A DNA stretch of 64,000 bases, from contig OY740781.1 in NCBI GenBank assembly GCA_963514005.1, forward strand, positions 113,584,001 through 113,648,000. The letters run 5' to 3'. The notes under the pieces are model-generated. The model did not search any database, had not been told where the DNA came from, and saw only the letters and a program-made list of their open reading frames with translations. Both the position numbers and the translations under genes were made by a program. Source of the DNA: Raja brachyura. Taxonomy: Eukaryota. Positions 13,340-26,709 of this stretch are shown here, in pieces (position 1 is the first letter of the stretch; every line of letters starts with the position of its first letter).

Positions 13340-14070
13340 AATGCAGGTATAAGAGAGCTCTCAGCACCTAGTCTTTCCTCCAGTCTTTCCATCACCATTG
13401 GAAACTTTTATTGCTGTTCATCAACATGACGACCAAAGTTGTGGCAATGAAAGTCAAAGAAACTATTATGAGGCTGAGAAACAAGAATAAATCTGTTAGC
13501 GACATCAGCCAAACAGGCTTACCAAAATCAACTGTTTGGAACATCATTAAGAAGAAAGAGAGCACTGGTGAGCTTACTAATCGCAAAGGGACTGGCAGGC
13601 TAAGGAAGGCCTCCACAGCTGATGACAGAAGAATTCCCTCTATAATAAAGAAAAATTCCCAAACACCTGTCCGACAGATCAGAAACACTCTTCAGGAGTC
13701 AGGTGTGAATTTGTCAATGACCACTGTCCGCACAAGACTTCATGAACAGAAATACAGAGATGCAAACCACTGGTTAGCCGCAAAAATAGGATGGACAGGT
13801 TAGTTTGCCAAGAAGTACTTAAAAGAGCAACCACAGTTCTGGAAAAAGGTCTTGTGGACCTTATGAGGTCTTGTGGCGGTGGTGCATTCTACAGCAAGAC
13901 AATGATCCTCAACATACTGCTAAAGCAACAAAGGAGTTTTTCAAAGCTAAAAATTGGTCAATTCTTGAATGCACAAGTCAATCACTCGAGCTGAACCCAA
14001 TTGAGCATGCCTTTTATACACTGAAGAGAAAACTGAAGGGGACTAGCCCCCAAAACAAGCATAAGCTAAA
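13340..14070 (+). mobile_element. Tc1-family transposase fragment, internally deleted
   Basis: HTH (KSVSDISQTGLPKSTVWNIIKK), GR..K AT-hook, QQDNDPQHT and S.ELNPIE (DD34E region). Confidence 0.92.
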
Positions 14071-14175
14071 GATACAAAGATACAAATGACATTTATTATC
14101 ACATACACCAATTGGTGTAGTGGAATTTGACTTGCCATTGCAGCACACAAATAAAATAAGACACAACAATAAGTT

Positions 14176-14962
14176 GTGGTCCTCATCTGGTCCTCACCTT
14201 TCACCCCACCAGCTGGCACATACAACACATAGTCCTCTGCCAGTTTCGCCACCTCCAACGTGACCCCACCACTCGCCACATCTTTCCAATATCCCCCCCT
14301 GTCTGCCTTCCGCAAAGACCGCTCCCTCCGCAACTCCCTTGTCAATTCTTCCCTTCCCTCCCGCTCCACCCCTTCCTCGGGCACTTTCCCTTGCAACCGC
14401 AAGAGATGCTACACTTGTCCCTTTACCTCCCCCCTCCACTCCTTTCAAGGACCCAAGCAGTCCTTCCAGGTCTGACAGAGGTTCACCTGCACCTCCTCCA
14501 ACCTCATCTATTGCATCCGCTGCTCTAGATGCCAGCTGATCTATATCAGCTTGGCGATCGTTTTACCGAACACCTCCGCTCGGTCCGCAATAACCAAACA
14601 GACCTCCCAATACGTATCCAGCACTTCAATTCCCCCTCCCATTCCGTATCCAACCTCTCTGTCCTGGGCCTCCTCCACGGCCAGAGTGAGCAACACCGCA
14701 AATTGGAGGAACAGCACCTCATATTCCGCTTGGGGAGTCTGCATCCTCTTGGCATGAACAATGAATTTTCTCAATTCTGTTGACCCTTGCTGTCTCCTCC
14801 CCTTCCTACCTCTCCCTCAGCCCTCGGGCTCCTCCTCCTTTTTCCTTTCTTCCCCCCGCCTCCCATCAGTCTGAACAAGGGTTTCGGCCCGAAATGTTGC
14901 CTATCTCCTTCGCTCGATAGATGCTGCTGCACCTGCTGAGTTTCTCCAACATTTTTGTACCA
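14176..14962 (+). mobile_element. Penelope-like element (GIY-YIG endonuclease) 3' part plus terminal repeat with hammerhead motif
   Basis: FRKDRSLRNSLV, PCNRKRCYTC, NLIYCIRCSRC..YI, RFTEHLRS, G.N.EF; ctgaacaagggtttcggcccgaaa at ~14871. Confidence 0.9.
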
Positions 14963-17747
14963 CCAAATAAATAAATGATGGGTCTTTATTAATTATGGAG
15001 TGCACTGTATGTACAATCTTGGAGAAAGCTGCCAATAAACATACACTAAACAAGACATACAATAAACAGGAAAATATACCAAATGCATAATACTTCAAAC
15101 ATTATAAATACTTTTAAATGTTAATATACTGTAATTGCAGGCAAACCTTGCACAAAGTGCACCCAAGATAAGAAATGAACCTGAATCTCTGAACTCAGGA
15201 ACTGCAGATGCAGATTCAGTATCTAAAATAGATACTGTAAGCATGACAATAAAGTCACCTTCCTGCAGCACTTCACATAAGAGGTTCATATAAACTGTGA
15301 AAATAACATATTTTTTAATAAATGAGTGGTGTTGTCCTTGCCCACTGCCTCCACCTAGTGGTCATTCTGTCCAATACAGCCAAAATCCGGTCCGGATATA
15401 AAGAGGTCCGTAATAATGAGGGTAGACAGTGTATAAAACTCTGAGAGGCATGGTAAGGGTAGACAGCCAGAATCTTTTTCACAGGATGGGAAATGTCAAA
15501 GACCCGAGGGCATAGCTGTAAGTCTAGAGTAGGAAACTTTAAAGGAGATGTGCAGGCAAGTTTTTTTCTCATACAGAAAAAGTGGGTACTAGGAATGGTG
15601 ATGTTAGCAGATATGAAAGTTGCTTTGAAGGGGCTTTTCGATAGGCACATGGATATGCAGGTAATGGGTGGTTATAGAACATTTCCCAGGCATGAATCGC
15701 TGGCAGGAAATTAACTTGGCATCATGTTCGAACAGACATTGTGGGCCGAAAGACCTGTTCCTGTGCTGTACTCTTCGATGTTTCATTTGGGGGGTTAAGA
15801 TCTCCAGGGCACCGGCCAAGTAATGGAGATTAGCCCTTGTTCATATTGATTAGTGAACCAAGCATAGTGGACAAGTCACTCCTGCTTCTTTTTTTCTAAT
15901 ATGATCCGTCCTGTATAGATTTAATAAACAATTTGAATTTAATGCATCATAGGTTGGTTGGTCATGACAAAAATAATGTATTATATAATGTAGTTGAGTT
16001 GGTTTGTGTTGTTGAATTAAAGATTAGTAAGCCTTACTGTAAAGGGGGAGTTTCTATGACATGGCACTTCTGGCAGAGAGCATGTCAGGCAGCCCATGAC
16101 ATTTGGCAGAAACGTTTCCAGAAGTAATTCTCCATAAGTAAAGCTCCAATAATCTAATGTTCAACCATTCAGAAATTCCTGCAGGTTGGCATGTGGCTCA
16201 CGTTCCAAAAGATGGGAAAAGTAATTTGGGGGACATAAGCAGCCAGACTTGACAAGCCTCTGGCTTGACAATCCCTGCACTTGCCAAAAGCAGGCAGGTG
16301 GGACTGGTATAGATGTGACATGTTGGTTGGTGTGGGCATGCTGGGCTCGTTTCCATGCTGTACGACTCTATGACTGCCCTGTAATCATGTCTGGTGTGGA
16401 CCCATTGGTTGATACCACGGTTTACATGTTATAATGTAACAAATGTAAGATATGGATGCATTTCTGAAGACAGACAAATTTGAGAAGTGCTCCAGGAAAA
16501 GTTACTGGTGATATTTACTTCAAGGAATTTGAACAAATCAACCATCTCTACTTTGGTGCCTTCAATGCAATGTGGGTATGTTTACCACATCATAAATTAC
16601 ACATGCTATCTGATTTCTTTATCTTATTTTGGGCCTGTGATAAAACAGTACATTTAAATAATCTGTCAAATTTTAATTAATCTCAGCACTAAGTTATGGA
16701 AAAAACCCAAATTGCAACAGCAGGAATGACAGCAATCTCTAAGTTAGGTATTTTGTACTTATTTACAGGCTTTTCAAAATAATGGCGAGTCCAGTTTAAG
16801 CAAATGAAGAATGTATCAGTTAAACCAAATTACTCCCTCCACAAATAATATAGAATACATGATTAGTTTATGACATTTAAATTTATTTCCCAAAATAAAC
16901 TGGTCTGCTGCAATTTGTTCATAATCAGTCAAAAAACAATAGCAATTGATATTCATATGGAACACAGAACAGTGCAGACAGGAACAGGCCTTTTGACCCA
17001 CAAAGTTTGTGCTGAACATGATTGCCAAGTCAAACAAACTGATTTGCCTGTTCATGATCAAAATCCTTCTATTCCCTGCACTTCCATGTCCCTATCTGAA
17101 AGCCTCTTAACACCACGACTGTATCTGCTTCCACCACCGCCCCTGGAAATCCATTCCATCCCACCACTAATCTCTGTGTAAATAACTTGCCTTACACATA
17201 TCCATTAAACTTTCTCCCCTTACCTTATAGCTCATGCCAGCTGACAACGTTGTTTGATCTAATTATAAACCAACAATAAATGTTGAATATTAAAGAGGAC
17301 TTCTTTCTCATCTGACTGAGAAGTCTTTCTCAATCCTGGAAATGCAGCCTGCAGTTTGGCAGGTTGTAAACATGTCAGTAGAGTATGGTGGGCAAACATT
17401 CCTTGATGTGCCACTACCTCTTAGTGTTAGAAAAATACTTAGATTACAATAAAAAAAACTAAGTACTTAATTGAGTTAGACCCACAACACCAGTTGGTCA
17501 CCAGTAGGTCACTGTAGATTAACCCTTATTAATCCATGCCATTTATAATCTCTACTACACATATATGCATGCCACTCTTTACATGGTATTACGGTACTAC
17601 ACAGCTTTACACTGGCAAGGTCAGCCGGCTCTCACAAGCCACACCGAGGTGGAAGTGTATGGCTGGCAGTTTAAATGTTCCTGATTGCGTATGGAATAAA
17701 GATTGATCTTTCACTATGTGTGTTTTGTTGTGGATCATTCACAAACA

Positions 17748-17765
17748 TGGTGTCAGGAATGGGAT
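17748..17765 (+). promoter_or_regulatory. Primer-binding site, tRNA-Leu-like (tggtgtcaggaatgggat)
   Basis: Immediately follows the 5' LTR, begins TGG; resembles the complement of the tRNA-Leu 3' end. Confidence 0.8.
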
Positions 17766-19371
17766 ATGAACCCATGCCTCCAAAGGAGACTGCGATGTCC
17801 ATGCCTTCTATAGGTCCCCGTGACAAATATTAACAACCCCTTGACAACCGCATTCAGCCGCAGGGAGGGTAACCGACCCTCTGGTCCATAACTGTGGTAA
17901 TTGCGGTGGCTCATACCCGAAATTTCGTGCGCACTGCCTCGCTTATGGCAAAACTTGCCACTACTGTAAAAAGAAAGGCCACTTTGTCCGGTGCTGCCGC
18001 GCTCGTGGCAACAGGGCCCAGCCACAACAATCTCTCTAGTTGCTTGAGCCCACACTTTCCCATGAGGAACTAACTGAAACAGCAGTTCCAGCAGAACCAC
18101 GACCGCAGCACCTGCAAGAAGACAGCCAAAACATACATTCCTGTGTACCCAACTCACCGTTTTACTACAGTGATCCCATGACAACGTTCAGTATCAACAA
18201 TACCAAAGTCGCTGCAAAGATAGATACTGGGGCACGATGCAATGTCCTGTCTTTATCAGACTCCCAAAGAATTCATAACAAAGAAACTGTTATGAAAACA
18301 AACTCCAAATTACATCCATTTGGTGGGGGGGAGTTGCAACCGGTGGTAAGGTCACATTACAATGTTATCTAGTGTCTCAAGTTTACAATCTGGATTTTTT
18401 CATCGTTAGAGGGGAAGTGCCCCTCCTTCTGGGCATTGATGCATGCTGTGATATGAACCTAGTCTCTTTCGGCAAAACTGTGTACCAGCTATCTACCTCT
18501 CAAAGTCCCACCCAACAACTACTCGAACAATACAAAGGACTTTTTGAGAATCAGCTTCCCACAGAATACAGCATTGTAACCGACAAGGAAGTCATACCTG
18601 TCGTTCGTTCTCCTCACCGAATCCCGCATGCAATGAAGGACCAGGCCAAAACTGAACTTGACAGAATGGAAATACTGGGCATGATAGCCCCTGTCAACAA
18701 CCCCTCCTCCTGGGTCTCCACCATGGTCGCAGCAGTCAAGAAGAACAAAAACGAAATAAGGATTTGTATCAACCCTAAATATTTAAGCACTGCCATCAAA
18801 CAACCACACCATCTGATGTGGGTGGTGGAAGAGGTCGCAACCAGGCTGGGTAAAGCCAGTCTTCTCTGTCCTAGATGCAAATAACTAATTTTGTCAAATA
18901 CCGCTAGACCATGCTTCCTCCATGTTAACCACATTCGCGACGCCCTTTTCGGACGCTACCGATTCTTACGAATGCCATTTGGCATCAATTCAGCCAGTGA
19001 AGGTTTTCAACGTACTATGGAACAACTCTTTACTGGCGACATAATCGTGGATGACATCCTGATCGCCGGGCGCAACACACAAGAACATGACTCAAACCTG
19101 AAGCATGTCCTGGATCGTGCCAGAGAGGTAAATCTCAAACTCAACCCTCTCAAGTGCAGGTTTCGGGTCGACGAAGTGATGTACGTGGGCCACATGTTTA
19201 CCAACAACGGACTCAGGGCAGACCCGTCTAAAACCATTGCCATCAATGAAATGCCAGCACTGACGGATGTGACAGTTCTACAATGATTTCTAGGCATGGT
19301 AAACTACCTGGGAAAATTCATCCCAAGCATCAGGGAGCTGTTATCCCCTCTGCGACAACTGACCCACCCTC

Positions 19372-19720
19372 TGCTGGAAGATTGTTCCCGATGTTGGGGG
19401 AGTCCAGAACAAGGGGTCACAGTCTAAGGATAAGGGGGAATTCCTTTAGGACCGAAATGAGGAAAACATTCTTTACACAGAGAGTGGTGAGTCTCTGGAA
19501 TTCTCTGCCACAGAAGGTAGTTGAGGCCAGTTCATTGGCTATATTTAAGAGGGCGTTAGATGTGGCACTTGTGGCTAAAGGGATCAGGGGGTATGGAGAG
19601 AAGGCAGGTACGGGATACTGAGTTGGATGATCAGCCATGATCACATTGAATGGCGGTGCAGGCTCGAAGGGCCGAATGGCCTACTCCTGCACCTATTTTC
19701 TATGTTTCTATGTTTCTATG
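19372..19720 (+). mobile_element. CR1 3' fragment inserted in Gypsy pol
   Basis: RLFPMLGESRTRGHSL...GTGY and (TTTCTATG)3 tail; Gypsy frame resumes (DTPWSW). Confidence 0.93.
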
Positions 19721-22077
19721 ATACACCCTGGTCCTGGCACCAACACCAGCAGAGGGCATTTGAAACCCTCAAACAATTAATGTCTTGCGCTCCAACCCTC
19801 ACATACCCGTCACCCTCACCTGTGATGCCTCCCAGTATGGACTGGGTGCTGCTTGCCTACAAGACAATGGGAAGGGTCCCAAACCAGTTGCCTATGCCTC
19901 CCGCACCATGACCGACACTGAACAGCGCTATGCCCAAATCGAGAAGGAGCTACTCGCAGTAACTTTTGCCTGCAAGAAATTCAAGAACTTTATCTTTGGC
20001 AACCTGATCACGGTTGAAACCGATCACCAACCCCTGGTCAGTATCCTCATTAAACCGATCCACACGGTACCAGCATGTTTACAACGCATGATGATGGAAC
20101 TACTGAGGTATGACAAACGCGATAAGGACATGCACTTAGCTGACACCCTCTCACAGGCACCTCGCCCCACCTGCGAAAAACACCTGTCTGATGGTGAGCA
20201 TGAGGGGTGCACGGTTATGATGGTCTCCTGCTTTCCATCGCGGGCTTAGATATCCTAGTGCACAAACAGCTGCAGACGAAACGCAACATTCGCTTACCAC
20301 CATCATCCGCCGCGGTGGCCAGATAAACAGCACCATCTGGCACTGGCTATCCGCCCATTCTACCCTCTCCGCGACGAACTGGTCATTCAAGACTGCATTA
20401 TAATGAAAGGACATAAGGCAGTTATCCCGACGTCTCTTCACAGCAAGTACTTTGATATTATCCATGTGGGCCATCCCGCTGCAGAAATAACCCCCCAACA
20501 TGCAAAAGGAATGCTTTTCTGGCCTGACATCGCTGACTACATTCTTGAGAAAGTTGCTGCCTGCCCGATTTGCAACAGCCTGACCCCGCACCAGCAGAAT
20601 CAACCACTTCTCCTGCACCCCACACCGGACTTACCCTGGTCCACAGTAGCAGCCGACATCTTTGAGTGGCACAGCAAACAATACCTGGTTCTAGTCGATT
20701 CCTACTCAGGATGGTTCAAACTCGGCCTGCTCAGTATCCCGACCTCAGCCATGGTCATCCAAAAACTCACTCGCCACTTCTCTGTCCACGGAGCACCCCT
20801 CAAGCTACTCTCAGACAATGGAACTCAATTCTCCAGTCAGCTCTTCAGGGATTTTGCAAACGTTGGGACTTTCACCACACCACCAGCAGCCCCGAGTACC
20901 CGCAGTCCAACGAGCGCGCGGTAAGAGGTGCTAAACAACGAATGGAATGCTCACACAGGGCCGGCTCTGATGTTTATCTCGACCTACTCAACCTACGGAA
21001 CATCATCCGCGACCCTCTCCTGGGATCTTCGACCAAACAGCTCATGTCATGGCGAACCCGCTCCACCCTGCCTATGACCAAGTATTAGAACCACAAGTTC
21101 ATGCACTGTCGGTGATCCAATCCCAGCTCCAACGCTGCCGCGACATACAAAGAAAATACTATTGATAAAACCAATTCTCTGCTTCAACCACTCAACAAGG
21201 CACAGGTTGTCTGCTTACGACGTTACAACCGCCTTGGAGTTATTTTGAGGTCAACCGCAGAGCCATGCTCGTACCTGGTCAGTATTGACAATGGCATTTA
21301 TCGATGCACTCCTCACGGTTGATGAACCGGCACCTTCCCGTCCTTACCTCCACTTCCGGCCTGCCGGTCTTCCCACACACTCCTTGAATGCCACTCCAGT
21401 GATACCTCTACCGGTGCCAGCACCATCCCTGCCTTCCCTGGTGCCCCCATAACTGGTGTCTTCTCCTACGCGTTCACCCGATAAGGGACTTACTCCCTCA
21501 GAGAAGGGTGAGGCGCACGGGGGGGGGGGGGGGGGGGGGAGATGGGGGGGGGGGGGGGGGTTACTACAGTACACATGCAGGTCATGTCTGCAAGCCGAAC
21601 CCGCTGATTGGAAAATTCACCGGCTATACTTGAACTGTGCAAGGCCCGTTTCGTTTTATGTGCTCACATATGCACAAGCATGTACACGTAAAATAATAAT
21701 GCCCACATCTTATACTGGTGTTTTACAATATGCTCCACTAACCATTCTATATATGCTTTGCTTCTTTAAGAGGAAGGATGTACATTAACCCTTATTAATC
21801 CATGTAATTTAAAATCTCTACTACACATATATGGGTGCCACCCTTTACATGGTATTACGGTACTACACAGCTTTACACTCGCAAGGTCAGCCTGTTCTCA
21901 CAAGCCACGCCGAGCTGGAAGTGTATGGCTGGCAGTTTAAATGTTCCTGATTGCTTATGGAATAAAGATTGATCTTTCACTATGTGTGTTGTTGTGGATC
22001 ATTCACAAACAGTCACCAGTTGGTCACCAGTTGGTTCTGGCATACCAAAACATTTTAGTGATCTTTAAAGTAAACAA

Positions 22078-24892
22078 GACTTCCGGTGGCGTCAATGGTG
22101 GGGTGAGAGACGCTGCTGTTTTGCTCTGCTCCCAAAGAATGTTTTAATGTGCTAAAATACGAGTTGGAAGACGGGGGAGTTCTAAAAATAACTACCGGAG
22201 CTGTTATTTAATTGTGTGTTATCAGAAATCCTGCTGATAACAGAGAATAACGGCAGTTTAAAATGAAAAAAGCGAAACCTCTGGAAAAGCCAGAAGCCTG
22301 CAAAAGCTGCTGCAAGACCTGCTACAAGAACTTATTTGAAAAAACCTGGAAAGACTCCTCAATCCCCTCAAACATCAGCTGGAAGCTCAGAAGAAGAAGC
22401 TGACTTTCGAAATCCTTCTACGGAAATGACTTCAATGGAGGAACAAAGGGAACAAATGGAACAACTGGAAAAGTCAGTAACAGCTTCAGTCACTGAAACA
22501 TTTCTAAAGTGATTTGAGAGGGGAATGTCGCGCTGAACAAAAGCCTCTCTGAAAAAATTAAACAAGGTAATGATAGGCTGATGGGGAAAATTGACGAATT
22601 AACCAAACATGTGGTTGAGATTGAGGAGGATTTAAACAATAAAATTAAGCGGGTTGATAAGGACTGTAAGCTGGACGCGATGTTTAAGCCCACAGATGCG
22701 ATTGTTCCCCTTATAATATAGGAGCGATCCTTCTTTCTCCGATGAAACTGAACAATATAATATATAAGAAGAATCCAATTATTCACAGTATAATACGAAT
22801 TGGGAATCAAATAAAATTAACTTTAAAATTAAGAAAATTATCGCTTCTATATAATTCCAATAGCTAATAATCCCTCATTCATACCATCCATTATTGATAA
22901 AACGTTTATCCATTGGGAAAGATTAGGAATTAAAACAATGGGAGATATGTATGAAATGGGAAAACTTTTATCATCCCAACAATTACAACTAAAATATAAT
23001 TTGAAAAGTAATCAATATTTCAAATATCTTTCAAGATTAAATTCAAGATTATTTGAAGAAATATATACAAGGATATCAAACTCTAACCCCAGATTTATTG
23101 GAGGAAGGAATGAATAGAAAGGCAGAATCAAGCAATTTAATATCTTACTTATATAATATAATTTTAGATATAGAAACACCAACGACAGAGACAATTAGAA
23201 GGGACTGGGAACGAGAGTTATTGATAAAAATTCCTAACGATAGATGGGATAAAAATTTACTATATGTAAACAAATGTTCAATTAATGTAAGACATAACCT
23301 AATTCAATTTAAAATTTTACATAGATTATATTATTCGAAAACTAGACTGAATAAAATATTTTCAAATGTTTCCCCCATCTGTGAGGACAAATTAAAATAG
23401 GACATACATGGTAAATGGTAGGGAATTGAAGAATGCTGTGGAACAGAGGGATCTAGGAATAACTGTGCATAGTTCCCTGAAGGTGGAATCGCATGTAGAT
23501 AGGGTGGTAAAGAAAGCTTTTGGTGTGCTGGCCTTTATAAATCAGAGCATTGAATATAGGAGTCGGGAAGTAATGTTAAAATTGTACAAGGCATTGGTAA
23601 GCCCAATTCTGGAGTATGGTGTACAATTTTGGTCGCCTAATTATAGGAAGGATGTCGACAAAATAGAGAGAGTACAGAGGAGATTTACTAGAATGTTGCC
23701 TGGGTTCCAGCAACTAAGTTACAGAGAAAGGTTGAACAAGTTAGGTCTTTATTCTTTGGAGCGCAGAAGGTTAAGTGGGGACTTGATTGAGGTCTTTAAA
23801 ATGATGAAAGGGATAGACAGAGTTAACGTGGATAAGCTTTTCCCATTGAGGATAGGAAAGATTCAAACAAGAGGGCATGACATGAGAATTAAGGGACAGA
23901 AGTTTAGGGGTAACATGAGGGGGAACTTCTTTACTCAGAGAGTGGTGGCTGTGTGGAATGATCTTCCTGCAGAAGTGGTGGAGGCAGGATCGATTTTAAC
24001 ATTTAAAAGTAAAGTGGATAGGTATATGGACGGGAAGGGAATGGAGGGATATGGTCTGAGTGCAGGTAGATGGGACTAGGGGAAAATAAACGGTCGGCAC
24101 GGACTGGAAGGGCCGAGAAGGCCTGTTTCCGTGCTGTAATTGTTATATGGTTATATGGTTAAATGTCTAACTCAAAATGCCACTATAGCACATTCCTTTG
24201 TCTCTTGTACAAAACTGTATAAATTTTGGAATGAAATTTTCGGAATTTTTACAAAACTATTTAACACAAATTTGAACCCCAATACAGAACTGATTATCTT
24301 TGGATCAATGGAAGAGGGAAATAAACTAACTATATTCCAAAAAGCTTTTCTTAATTACAGTCCAATAACAGCAAAAAAACATACTCAAATTTTGGAAAAA
24401 CGCAACCACGCCAACATACAAAATGTGGATGTCAAACATGAGTGAAACGCTACATCTTGAAGAAATGAGATTCCTCCGACTAGGCAAAGTAGACCAATTC
24501 TTAAAGACTTGGTCTCCTTTTATCAACTTTTTACAAGCATATGGCGCAATATAACATAACCTCAGAAATTAAATGGTTTAAAACCTGGTGACGGATGGGC
24601 AAAAATACGAAATAGGTAGATCTCTCCTAATGTCTCTTTTCTTTACTTTCTCCTTCTATTTCAATCTTTTTAGATTCTCATCTCTGTCCTCTATTTCTTT
24701 TGCTATCTGTTTCTACTCGCTTGTCTATCTATTCCGACACTCTTTATTTATTTTTTCTCTCACTGTTCTTTTATTATTAAATCAAAAATACGAAGTTGTA
24801 CAAGAATGGAAATATATATGTATGTATTAGGTACTCAAGTACCACACTATTGTACTTACTTCTAACAAAAATAAACAAATAAATAAATAAAT
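22078..24892 (+). mobile_element. L1/Tx1-clade LINE with 5' end, ORF1 start, large internal deletion and ORF2 C-terminus
   Basis: GACTTCCGG 5' end; coiled-coil ORF1 remnant; QFKILHRLYY..C..C..H..C zinc knuckle; (AAAT)n tail; near-TSD aaagt[a/g]aacaa at 22067-22077 and 24893-24903. Confidence 0.85.
23385..24160 (+). mobile_element. CR1 3' fragment inserted in the L1 zinc knuckle
   Basis: ORF 23408-24079 nearly identical to 3665-4477; (GTTATATG)n tail; L1 reads SPIC|KCLTQ across it. Confidence 0.95.
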
Positions 24893-25399
24893 AAAGTGAA
24901 CAAAATTCCTGGAAATATTCAGAGACTTTAACCTGAACTCCATTTCTCTTTCTATATACGTTGATTAAATGAATGAATGAATGATACTGTATTATCACAT
25001 ATGACATGTCACAGTGAAATTCTTTGTTTTACATACCATATACACAGTATGCAAAGAGTCGCCACAAAGAGGATGCCACCTGACAAAGGTTGCCTGACAT
25101 GCTAAGTATTTCCAGCATTTTATCTTTCATTTAAGGGGCTAGTGCAGGTTCAGGTGTAAAAGCTAACTGCCTTTCTGCTGCTTCCAGTACCCACCACTAC
25201 ATGATGAAGCTGAGCTTCTCAGAAGCCATCTGCTGCCTGAAAATTAGGCATAACACTGGGAAATTTCTAAGCAAAAATGCTAAAGAGTCTTTAATGTCAT
25301 GCATCCTTTCAGTAAAGGAAAAGGAGAAATCCACGTTGATTATCTAAGAAGCATCCTTTTTACACAATAATATTTCACAAATTAGTGTGGTAGACTTAC

Positions 25400-25473
25400 A
25401 CAACAATGAATCCGACTGCTGCAAGGACACTAACTGTAATAGGTATTATCATCCAGTACCTGCAACTCTTCAT
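25400..25473 (-). CDS. TMEM150C: TMEM150C first coding exon: MKSCRYWMIIPITVSVLAAVGFIV(V); whole exon 25400-25501
   Basis: tctttcag acceptor at 25502-25504 and gtaagt donor; aligns to human [27 protein letters not shown]; in frame with the next three exons; TMEM150C lies downstream of SCD5 in vertebrates. Confidence 0.88.
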
Positions 25474-25919
25474 TCTCAAGCTAATAATTTGTTTCTTCCT
25501 TCTGAAAGATAGAGATATGAATAAACTAGTTATTATATATAGCTAACTCATCGTCTTAGAGTCATACATCATGGAAAAATGATCTTTGGCCCAACTCCTC
25601 AATGCTGATCAATGTGCCCCATCTAAATTAGTTCCCTTTGCCTGAGTTTGGCACACATACCTCTAAACCTTTCTACCCATCTAGGTGTCTTTTAAATGCT
25701 ACTAGACCAAGTGGGACCCGTTGGGTCCTGTCCCCTTAACGCGCAGTTGTGGGGGGTGGTGGCCTGCGGCATCACACACACACACTAACCACCCCCCCCC
25801 CCCCCCACACACACACACACTAACACTCCCTTGATATTATAATAATATTATTCATTCGCTCTTATTCCCCCATCCTCCGCCCTATCCATTCACGCATAGC
25901 CCCCAACTGAGCAGGCGTG

Positions 25920-26706
25920 GCTAAAGAGGGAGAGGGAGAGGATAGAGTGAGGGGAGTGGGTAGAGAGGGAGAGGGACGGGAGTAGAGATTGAGGCGTGGT
26001 GGGGGGGGTGCGGCATCACAGGGGAGGGCTGGTCCCCGAACGCAATACACAGCACTCACCTATAGATCCCAATACTCACCACTCCCTAGAGAGTGATGGG
26101 GGTAGAGAGGGAGCGGTGTTGGAGAGGGTGGGGAAGCGAGGGGGCAGAGAGGGGCAGAGAGGGAGGTGGAGGGGATAGATAGAGAGTGGGGAAGAGAGGG
26201 AGGGGAGGGGGTAGAGAGGGAGGGTAGAGGGAGATGGAGAGAGGCAGAGGGGAATGGGGTAGAGACCTGGAGTCAGAGAGAGAGGCAGAGTGAGAGGGCA
26301 GCAAGAGAACGGGCAGATACAGATAGGACAGAGAGGGCAGAGAGAGAGTGAGGTCAGAGAGAGGGAGAGGGCAGAGAGTGAGAGAGGGCAGAGAGTGAGA
26401 GAGGGCAGAGAGTGAGAGAGGGCAGAAAATGAGAGAGGGCAGAGAGTGAGAGAGGGCAGAGAGAAGGCAGAGAGGGCGGGCTGAGAGAGGGCAGAGAGGG
26501 CGGGCAGAGAGGTAGAGGAAATGGGGGGGTAGAGATGGAGGGGAGGGGGTAGAGATGGAAGGGATGGGGAGATGGAGAGGGGCAGAGAGAGAGGGGGCAG
26601 AGAGAGTGAAAGGGCAGAAAGAGAGGGGCAGAGACAGAGGGCAGGAAGGGGCAGAGAGGGAGAGGGAGAGGGAGAGGGGGAGGGAGAGGGAGAGGGAGAG
26701 GGAGGC
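25920..26706 (+). repeat. GA-rich low-complexity/minisatellite tract (gagagggcagagagt units)
   Basis: Directly visible purine-rich tandem units. Confidence 0.9.
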
Positions 26707-26709
26707 AAA

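Larger units (their letters stand above)
17513..22011 (+). mobile_element. Gypsy (Mag-like) LTR retrotransposon with both LTRs, degenerate gag-pol
   Basis: TG...CA LTRs 17513-17747 and 21779-22011; 5-bp TSD GTCAC (17508-17512, 22012-22016); PBS; PPT aagaggaagga; CCHC remnant, IDTGA protease, IVDD RT, CDAS RNase H, integrase. Confidence 0.96.

Noticed and set aside
15259-15295. AG/GT-bounded candidate extra TMEM150C exon
   Set aside because: Contains a stop in the required frame and has no TMEM150 similarity; the flanking exons already join in frame
21519-21560. Poly-G run as a functional G-quadruplex (also 27710 and 39359)
   Set aside because: Homopolymers inside TEs; length unreliable and no evidence of function
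22490-22810. Twin-priming inversion in the L1 suggested by a minus-strand ORF
   Set aside because: The L1 ORF2 similarity (NPIIHSIIRIW) reads on the plus strand, so there is no inversion
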